8,726 bases of DNA. Origin: Tubiluchus corallicola. Taxonomy: Eukaryota; Animalia; Priapulida. The DNA lies in the NCBI GenBank assembly GCA_030141605.1, contig JAQGDQ010002209.1, forward strand, positions 1 through 8,726, read 5' to 3'. Of this stretch, positions 1 through 7,770 are shown one piece after another. Within the stretch, counting starts at the first letter, position 1. Each line of letters starts with the position of its first letter. The notes beneath the pieces are model-generated. The model made no database searches. It saw only the letters and a program-made list of their open reading frames with translations, and was not told where the DNA came from. The position numbers and the translations under genes were made by a program.

Positions 1-448
1 ACGATGTACCTAGGCATAAAAAAAACAATTATTGTATACTATACGATGTACCTAGGCATAAAAAAACAATTATTGTATATATACGATGTACCTAGGCCTA
101 AAAAACACAATTATTGTATACTATACGATGTACCTAGGCCTAAAAAAACACAATTATTGTATACTATACGATGTACCTAGGCCTAAAAAAACAATTATTG
201 TATACTATACGATGTACCTAGGCCTAAAAAACAACAAAATTATTGTATACTATACGATGTACCTAGGCCTAAAAAACAACAAAATTATTGTATACTATAC
301 GATGTACCTAGGCCTAAACAAACACAATTATTGTATACTATACGATGTACCTAGGCATAAAAAACACAATTATTGTATACTATACGATGTACCTAGGCCT
401 AAAAAAACACAATTATTGTATACTATACGATGTACTTAGGCCTAAAAA
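1..448. repeat. Minisatellite with a 40-45-bp unit (consensus ~ACGATGTACCTAGGCCTAAAAAACACAATTATTGTATACTAT), 10 full units plus 1 partial, truncated by the window start
   Basis: ACGATGTAC recurs at 1, 43, 83, 125, 168, 209, 254, 299, 342, 384 and 427. Length differences lie almost entirely in the A/C tract after AGGC(C/A)T. Confidence 0.97.
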
Positions 449-653
449 GCAACTCGATTAGTTTTGGTATTTCCTCTTTGTTGGCTATAAGTTGACCAAA
501 ATCTTGAATGAAAAAATGTTGAAGAACAAGGAGATTTACGAATGCCAAATCATACGATGCAGCTTGTACGTGACATTGTTATGCTGATCACAATCAATCA
601 TGACAAACCGACTTACTTCTTCGAAATGGGCGGCAGCGTACGGGGTGTAAATA

Positions 654-659
654 TTTATT
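654..659 (-). promoter_or_regulatory. Putative polyadenylation signal AATAAA of the BTB gene
   Basis: TTTATT on the plus strand is AATAAA on the minus strand, about 40 nt downstream of the TGA stop at 699..701. Confidence 0.55.
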
Positions 660-698
660 GTCTATAAACAATCAATAGTAATCGTGAAAGCATCAGTT

Positions 699-2006
699 TC
701 AAGAAATGATTTTCCTTTCAATTCTTTTTCTAAGCAGCATCAGAACTTTTATGCGAATTTTTCCATCATTAATAAACCCGGAAGCAGGGTTCATGACGGT
801 TCTAAACTGTGCAATATTTCTCGCATACCAGACCCGTTTCTTTGTATCTTCATTTAGAATAGTTTTGAGTGACCTTTGTGGATGATTGTTAATCACTTCA
901 ATGTAACTGCTCTTACGTATGCTGATGAAAGTAGAACAGGGACCAACTCCTAAATTCAAGCAACAGCCTTCACCACGGTTATCTCCAGCATTGGAGCAGT
1001 TTCTATCATCACAACTGAAAAGATAAATGACAAGCTTATCAGCATCACCAATGGTTGCAATCTTTTCTGATAGAGGACCTGCCCATGGTCTTATTCCTAA
1101 ACTATCAATTTTCTTAACAGGTACAGCACACATGACTGACACAACTTCTGCGTAGTTTCTCTGCGTTTTTGGAAATATTGATTCTGATGTCTCTTCTTGA
1201 TGATAATTGATTAGAACATTTTCTTGCTCCTCGGCATTTAATATTCCAGTTGCTACCGGTCCTTTGATGAATAACTCTGGGTCCATTGTGGGAAATCTGA
1301 TTTGAAACAATATGTCACATAAAACTGTTCTTTTGTTGAACACATTTTGCTCCATGTTCTTTCGCTTGCATTCAGCATCAGCCCATCTTAAAACTGCATC
1401 AAATAGTTTCACCTCTTCAGTAATTGTCAGTTCATCAAGTTTGACAATCCTCAATAAGCTGTCGTAGCTCAAGGAAGTAAAACTGTCGGACTCTATAAGT
1501 GCTTCCGTCTCGACACTAATAACCTCCAAACACTTCATCTCTACATCTCGCTTTTCATAGAAACAAGCAGCTGTCAGAATGGTACAGACGTTGTCAGTTG
1601 TGATTTCAAATTTAAGGAAATCAGCAGCCACTTTTTCAAGTTCACGAATGTTGTATTTTTTAGCTAAGTAAATTACCGAAAGAACATTATCACCAGTTAA
1701 TTCAGCTTGGTCGGTATAAATAAATCTCAAAAGCAGCAGGAACACGTCAGGTTCAACGTCGGTTATTGGTATGACATCACCAAGTTTATGACACAGCGGC
1801 CCAAACAGCATCCTCTTAAAAACGTCACTTCTGAGTGCAAGTAAGTACCGACTAGCGTTGATGATGATTTCACCAACTGAAAAAGTTACATCACATAATT
1901 CCTGGAAATCTTCGTTACCAAAAACATAATCGTATCTCTCGTTCCAGTTACCCATCGCATCAACCCTTTCAGCTGGAGTTTGCGGCTCGTCTAATGAAGA
2001 TGCCAT
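699..2006 (-). CDS. BTB/POZ-BACK domain protein (BTBD1/2/3/6-like core), probable Cullin-3 substrate adaptor, with a putative C-terminal MATH/TRAF-like domain; ORF uninterrupted by introns
   Basis: 435-aa ORF with the ATG in a good Kozak context (AAAGGATGG). BTB motifs: CDVTFSVG, LLALRSDVFKRML, DVEPDVFLLLLRFIYTD, LAKKY. BACK and BTBD2/6-type motifs: NVCTIL, EVKLFDAVLRWADAEC, IRFPTM, GILNAEE. The C-terminus has LVIYL and FRTVMNPASGFINDGKIRIKV. Confidence 0.93.
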   Translation of the reverse strand: MASSLDEPQTPAERVDAMGNWNERYDYVFGNEDFQELCDVTFSVGEIIINASRYLLALRSDVFKRMLFGPLCHKLGDVIPITDVEPDVFLLLLRFIYTDQAELTGDNVLSVIYLAKKYNIRELEKVAADFLKFEITTDNVCTILTAACFYEKRDVEMKCLEVISVETEALIESDSFTSLSYDSLLRIVKLDELTITEEVKLFDAVLRWADAECKRKNMEQNVFNKRTVLCDILFQIRFPTMDPELFIKGPVATGILNAEEQENVLINYHQEETSESIFPKTQRNYAEVVSVMCAVPVKKIDSLGIRPWAGPLSEKIATIGDADKLVIYLFSCDDRNCSNAGDNRGEGCCLNLGVGPCSTFISIRKSSYIEVINNHPQRSLKTILNEDTKKRVWYARNIAQFRTVMNPASGFINDGKIRIKVLMLLRKRIERKIIS

Positions 2007-2078
2007 CCTTTGTCCAACGAAATTTGTGGAATTACTTTACTGAGAACAGAATTATCTGAGCTGTGCATTCAACACGAC

Positions 2079-2088
2079 TGACTCAGCA
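2079..2088. promoter_or_regulatory. AP-1 / CNC-sMaf (ARE, NF-E2) consensus site TGACTCAGCA
   Basis: Exact 10-bp match about 73 bp upstream of the BTB gene ATG. Motif match only. Confidence 0.3.
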
Positions 2089-2352
2089 ACTCGTGAACAA
2101 AGTTAGCGTGCCACAGCAGTTCACTGCATTTTCTTGCAGCGGTAAAGGTAGCAACGTTTGGAGGAAAAAATAGCTTCAAGTGTGTTTAGCAGTTGCAAGA
2201 AAAAGTGTCTAATGCAACAGCAATGCCCGCACACATAATCTGATTTTCAAGTTGCTTAATTTTGAAGTTAAATCGCCACAAAACGCAACGCAACTGCTCC
2301 TGAAAGACAGATGCACCCCCACGTCGCAATAGACTCTTCCACTTGTTTTTGC

Positions 2353-2501
2353 ACAACGTATAGTTAGACCTTAGACCTTAGTCCTTCCTGCGCATTGATG
2401 CACATTGGGCAGACAGCATTTTCCACTGAGTTCTATCGGCGGCTTCGTTCTCTACGTTTTCCCAACGTATGTTGACAGCTCGAAGGTGAACAACGTATAG
2501 T
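2353..2501 (-). mobile_element. 5'-truncated RTE-clade non-LTR retrotransposon fragment (insert 2365..2489) flanked by a 12-bp target-site duplication ACAACGTATAGT (2353..2364 and 2490..2501)
   Basis: The minus strand translates to HLRAVNIRWENVENEAADRTQWKMLSAQCASMRRKD*, fitting the RTE ORF C-terminal pattern W...A.DR..W. The stop codon runs directly into a short tandem tail TAAGGTCTAAGGTCTA, and exact direct repeats flank the insert. Confidence 0.82.
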
Positions 2502-2565
2502 ACAGGGTGTCTATAAAGTCTTTACAATTTTAAAAATTTATTACAAAGGCAGTTGACAAGATACC
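2501..2565 (+). mobile_element. Solo Tc1/mariner-like terminal inverted repeat (TA + CAGGGTGTCTATAAAGTC...); right boundary approximate
   Basis: TA followed by CAGGGTGT is a typical terminus of many IS630-Tc1-mariner elements. I found no partner (GACACCCTGTA) and no transposase in the window. Confidence 0.55.
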
Positions 2566-2769
2566 TTAACAGATTTGTTTTGTTTTATTCAGTGTTTATT
2601 TAACTTTGAGATCACATTGAAATTTCGCGTTTTATGTAGGTCTGCTGTTGATAGAAGGATCTTTTTAACTGAAACCCTAAAATGCGTACGCCTTAAGAGA
2701 AGGCACAGTATGTATCATGGTTTATTAACGCAGACTCAGCAAAACTGCAGACTATAGAATTGCTAATGC

Positions 2770-2879
2770 AATTTTATACATCCACATCAACGCTGCCTCG
2801 CCTTGTACAAACATTAAAGGTAAACATACAGTCATAATTTTATACAGTCACATCCACGCTGCCTCGCCTTGTACAAACA
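2770..2879. repeat. Direct duplication of a 44-bp segment (2770..2813 and 2836..2879, period 66 bp)
   Basis: AATTTTATACAnnCACATCnACGCTGCCTCGCCTTGTACAAACA occurs twice, 41 of 44 positions identical. Confidence 0.9.
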
Positions 2880-3527
2880 ACTAACTGTACTCTCTTTGTT
2901 AACTTGGTTTATAAACTTATGACACCAACTAAGAAAAATAACTCTTCACTTTGTCCAATATCATGTGTAACTTAAGCATCTTGTCCCAACTTTATTTGAA
3001 ATTAGAATAAGTTCAAGTATCTTTCAATGCTAATCAGAACTCTTTTAAAATTTAAAGCAAGAAATGAAAAACAACAAATTAAAGAGATATATTATTATTA
3101 AAATCATTTTATTTTATTCGTGAAACGGGGTTAAACCGGCTGAGGATTCTACACCTCAAAACAATGTAAACTATGAAAGTTGAAAGGAAAATACTATTTT
3201 TTCAAGAATTACTCAGTGAAAGAATTATTAGCACAGAGTTGAAATTGCATTCGCACCATAAGTTCTTCGCAGTTAAACCTCTTGCACAAAAAGCGGTGCT
3301 GTACCACTTAGTTCAAATGTGTTCAGGTGTGACGTGGTGCACACGTTAGCTCAGGTGTGAGTTCAGCTGTAAACTTGAATCTTGAATTATAAACTTAAAA
3401 TTAGTCAAGTTTTCAGATGTCATTTTCACACTGAATGATATACAGTAGCACTGTACTTCAATTTTTCCTTTTCATGAAAACATTATGCGCATTCGTTATG
3501 CCATCCTAGTATTATTACTACAATTTT

Positions 3528-3755
<228 letters not shown>

Positions 3756-4086
3756 GGAAACCTTGTAGGCCAGGGCAATTTTCAGGGAAAATTCCTCCTG
3801 CCCCTCTTGTTGAACTTCCTCCCGTACGCCTACGGACGCACATCTGTTGAATACCCGGCTCAAGTGGAATTAAATGTGGAATTCTTTCCTAGATACAACT
3901 ATATTCATAATAATATGAATAAGGTTCCTAGAGAACATGGTGGTAATTCAATTCAATTCAATTCAATACTTTTTTATTTGTCTGATTTGCATCACAAAAC
4001 TTTACAACTATATACGTAAAACAGTTACGGTTTGCAAATTGTACATTAGCCTCGAGGAGAGTAGGAACGTGAGCTTTCGAGACTCG

Positions 4087-4102
4087 CCGCTAGATGGCGC
4101 CA
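4087..4102 (+). promoter_or_regulatory. CTCF-like core motif CCGCTAGATGGCGCCA (copy A)
   Basis: Fits the CTCF core consensus CC(A/G)(C/G)(C/T)AG(A/G)(G/T)GGC(G/A)C. Motif match only. Confidence 0.45.
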
Positions 4103-4450
4103 GCACATGCATGGTGCAGACTGAAAAATACATACAAAATAGCTCAAAGTTAAAAACAATATTCAGTTATAAAAACAATTAATGATAATAATACAGACAA
4201 ATGAGATTAGAGGTATTTAAAAACGTCAATTCGCAGGTATCAAATCAAATATTTGCTTTTTAAAACGCTGTAATTGAATGAGCCTATCGTTATTAATTCA
4301 TAAAAACATTTTTTACATCTGATATAAAATTATAAGTTGATATAAGGCAGTGTACTTTAGTAAATAAATAGAAATTAAAACTACAAAATTCGTAAAAAAA
4401 GTAAATTGCAGTTTTTAAAACGTCATGCGGCATTTTCACTTTCTCGACCT

Positions 4451-5882
4451 CAAGTACTTACTGCGCGATTTATAAACACAGTTAACACACCACAAGTACT
4501 TACTGCGCGATTTGCAAACACAGTTAACACACCACAGGTACTTACTGCACGATTTGCAAACACAGTTAACACACCACAAGTACTTACTGCACGATTTGCG
4601 AACACAGTTAACACACCACAGGTACTTACTGCACGATTTGCAAACACAGTTAACACACCACAGGTACTTACTGCACGATTTGCAAACACAGTTAACACAC
4701 CACAGGTACTTACTGCGCGATTTGCAAACGCAGTTAACACACCACAGGTACTTACTGCACGATTTGCAAACGCAGTTAACACACCACAGGTACTTACTGC
4801 GCGATTTGCAAACGCAGTTAACACACCACAGGTACTTACTGCGCGATTTGCAAACGCAGTTAACACACCACAGGTACTTACTGCACGATTTGCAAACGCA
4901 GTTAACACACCACAGGTACTTACTGCACGATTTGCAAACGCAGTTAACACACCACAGGTACTTACTGCGCGATTTGCAAACGCAGTTAACACACCACAGG
5001 TACTTACTGCACGATTTGCAAACACAGTTAACACACCACAGGTACTTACTGCACGATTTACAAACGCAGTTAACACACCACAGGTACTTATTGCGCGATT
5101 TGCAAACGCAGTTAACACACCACAGGTACTTACTGCACGATTTGCAAACGCAGTTAACACACCACAGGTACTTACTGCACGATTTGCAAACGCAGTTAAC
5201 ACACCACAGGTACTTACTGCGCGATTTGCAAACGCAGTTAACACACCACAGGTACTTACTGAGCGATTTGCAAACGCAGTTAACACACCACAGGTACTTA
5301 CTGCACGATTTGCAAACGCCGTTAACACACCACAGGTACTTACTGCACGATTTGCAAACGCCGTTAACACACCACAGGTACTTACTGCGCGATTTGCAAA
5401 CGCAGTTAACACACCACAGGTACTTACTGCACGATTTGCAAACGCCGTTAACACACCACAGGTACTTACTGCGCGATTTGCAAACGCAGTTAACACACCA
5501 CAGGTACTTACTGCACGATTTGCAAACGCCGTTAACACACCACAGGTACTTACTGCGCGATTTGCAAACGCAGTTAACACACCACAGGTACTTACTGCGC
5601 GATTTGCAAACGCCGTTAACACACCACAGGTACTTACTGCGCGATTTGCAAACGCCGTTAACACACCACAGGTACTTACTGCACGATTTGCAAACGCAGT
5701 TAACACACCACAGGTACTTACTGCACGATTTGCAAACGCCGTTAACACACCACAGGTATTTACTGAGCGATTTGCGAACACAGTTAACACACCACAGGTA
5801 CTTCCTGCACGATTTGCAAACGCCGTTAACACACCACAGGTACTTACTGCGCGATTTGCAAACGCCGTTAACACATCACAAG
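4451..5882. repeat. 42-bp minisatellite/satellite array, 34 full units (4451..5878) plus CAAG; consensus CAGGTACTTACTGC(A/G)CGATTTGCAAACGC(A/C)GTTAACACACCA
   Basis: Units start at 4451, 4493, 4535 and so on, with the phase held exactly to 5879 (34 x 42 bp), so there is no net indel. Confidence 0.99.
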
Positions 5883-6147
5883 CATTTTGAGACTAGCCGT
5901 GCATAAGTAGCTTAGCCGGTATTCTATTGATTATCTGTTTTTCAGACGTCGGTAGGCTGCAGAATGCATTTCAATAATCATCCACTCGCATCGGTGTGGA
6001 AAATTGGTTAAAATAGCATGTTCATTTTGAAAACGTTTACTATAACTTAGTTCACATAGACGGATTGTAATGCACTGATAAAACTCTCTGTTTAGTTGTC
6101 TGTCAACTTAAACTGTCAGTCATACTAAAGTCTATCATGACAAGAAT

Positions 6148-6218
6148 TTATTATTATTATTACTACTACTACTACTATTATTATTATCATTATCATCTTT
6201 ATTATTATTATTATTATT
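6148..6218. repeat. Compound (ATT)/(ACT)/(ATC) microsatellite
   Basis: Read directly. Confidence 0.92.
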
Positions 6219-6431
6219 GGCATCTACAATTATACATTGTACTACAGTGACATACACACAACAACAAAATACAAAAGTACAAAACAGAGCTACTACATTA
6301 TACCTGTTGAGCCAAAAAAACACGTAACAAATTTATATAATCTTAGTATAGATACAGTTAGCATGTCGTGAAAATATAAATAATCTTATCATCATTTATA
6401 TGTAAGCACTATTTACTTCTGTTCAAAAAAA

Positions 6432-6574
6432 GTTCATGAAATGTTCATGTTTATTAAACGTTCATGTTCATGTTCATATAATGTTCGACCTCATGTTCGT
6501 GAAATGTTCATGTTTATGTTCATTTTCATATTCATGTTCATGTTAACGAAATGTTCACGTTAATGAAATGTTCA
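6432..6574. repeat. Degenerate (ATGTTC)n hexamer tract with recurring GAAATGTTCA
   Basis: Many copies of GTTCAT/ATGTTC and variants; GAAATGTTCA occurs four times. Confidence 0.85.
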
Positions 6575-6640
6575 AATGTAGAATTATTCTTGCTGTGGCC
6601 TGATTTTGTCATTTTACGAATTACCAGTCTCTTTTTCGTA

Positions 6641-6699
6641 CAGCATGACGTCACACGACTGAAGATATGACGTCAGCATGACGTCTCTCACGACTGAAG
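6641..6699. promoter_or_regulatory. Cluster of CRE (CREB/ATF) palindromes within a short direct repeat
   Basis: TGACGTCA at 6646..6653 and 6668..6675, and TGACGTCT at 6679..6686. CAGCATGACGTC..CACGACTGAAG is duplicated (6641..6664 and 6674..6699). Confidence 0.5.
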
Positions 6700-6894
6700 C
6701 CATTTTTCCACCTCCAAATGGCTGTGACTTTAACTGCTTCAATGCTTTTGCTTTACGTGTTTGACTAAAACTAGAAAGATTACAATTATCTTCCTAATTT
6801 CACTGAGATAATTAAGCAGTCATTCAGATGTGGAGTCTGATGAAGATGGCTCATTTACTGTCTGCTTTACAAGCGTAAAATCAGTAAAAGACGG

Positions 6895-6921
6895 CCCCTC
6901 TGGGCCCCTACCCCACCCCCC
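6895..6921 (-). other. Putative G-quadruplex-forming sequence GGGGGGTGGGGTAGGGGCCCAGAGGGG
   Basis: Four runs of at least 4 G with loops of 1, 2 and 6 nt on the minus strand. Confidence 0.65.
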
Positions 6922-7533
6922 GAGAGTCGTAAAGCTGTTAATGGTGCGTAGTAATTTGCTTATCCCTGCTTCTTTAACTCTTTCACATTTAGAGACACCC
7001 ACACGTGAAGCCATGGAGAATTTACAACGCTAATTTTTGCTGTTTCATTTTGTACTTGTGTTCAGCTAGAAATGAGCCTTTTCACAGTTCCAGCGATTGA
7101 TGATGATCGTGAAAAGGTCAAAGGTTAAGTGTTCCAGACAACGCGTTTGTGTACATTTGACAACGCCTCGCAGCCATTGCTGTTGTAATAGTAACAGTCT
7201 TAACAGCAATCTAGAACCTTACCAAGTTCATTTTTCTGAACTGATGTGGCAGAAGGCTTTGTTTTACAAACATGTTACGTGACGGTTGTAGCTACCATCT
7301 TTATCGTCGTCATTCCCACCGTCATCGTTGTCATTATAATCATAATATATAATTAAAATAATGATAATAATAATGGTGATGATGATAATGTTTTGATTCA
7401 TTTCAATTAATTTTGTTCATGTATCTTGTAACAGTGTAATGGTGCTTGTTAATGTATCTTCTGTCTTGTTTATTCTTTTTCAATTTTTTATATTTTGTAA
7501 TTTTTCTTTTGGTTGTAATGATGATAAGTAAAC

Positions 7534-7770
<237 letters not shown>

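Larger units (their letters stand above)
3894..5882. repeat. Copy A of a duplicated composite module: ~109-bp subrepeat, ~450-bp unique body and 42-bp tandem array; possibly a non-autonomous mobile element
   Basis: 4003..4450 aligns with 7990..8438 at an offset of 3987-3989 bp with few substitutions and two small indels. Both copies enter the same 42-bp array at the same junction. Confidence 0.9.

Noticed and set aside
86-439. 117-aa ORF
   Set aside because: It lies wholly inside the minisatellite, and the peptide changes frame with A-tract length.
699-2006. Assigning the symbol BTBD2, BTBD6 or SPOP
   Set aside because: No PHR domain is recognisable and the domain order differs from SPOP, so orthology cannot be established from the sequence alone.
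4451-5882. CRISPR array (palindromic repeats of CRISPR-like size)
   Set aside because: Units are head-to-tail with no unique spacers, there are no cas genes, and the context is eukaryotic. The same applies to 1..448 and 8439..8726.
4406-5906. Long repeat-protein ORFs of 494, 474 and 464 aa, and the 91-aa ORF at 8411..8686
   Set aside because: A 42-bp unit is a multiple of 3 and lacks stops in three frames, so long ORFs follow automatically. They use non-ATG starts, overlap on both strands and have almost no non-repeat sequence.
5883-5915. Helitron 3' end (minus strand GCACGGCTAGT) at the right edge of array A
   Set aside because: CTAG-T is present, but there is no convincing GC-rich hairpin before it, and the equivalent end of copy B is outside the window.
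5925-5957. Splice acceptor TCTGTTTTTCAG followed by a possible 6-nt microexon and GTAGGC
   Set aside because: No plus-strand gene is evident, the donor is weak, and such motifs are frequent by chance.
6820-7033. Two antiparallel ORFs of 64 and 67 aa
   Set aside because: Short, no recognisable domain, and an in-frame stop just upstream of the minus-strand ORF. An exon cannot be excluded without RNA data.
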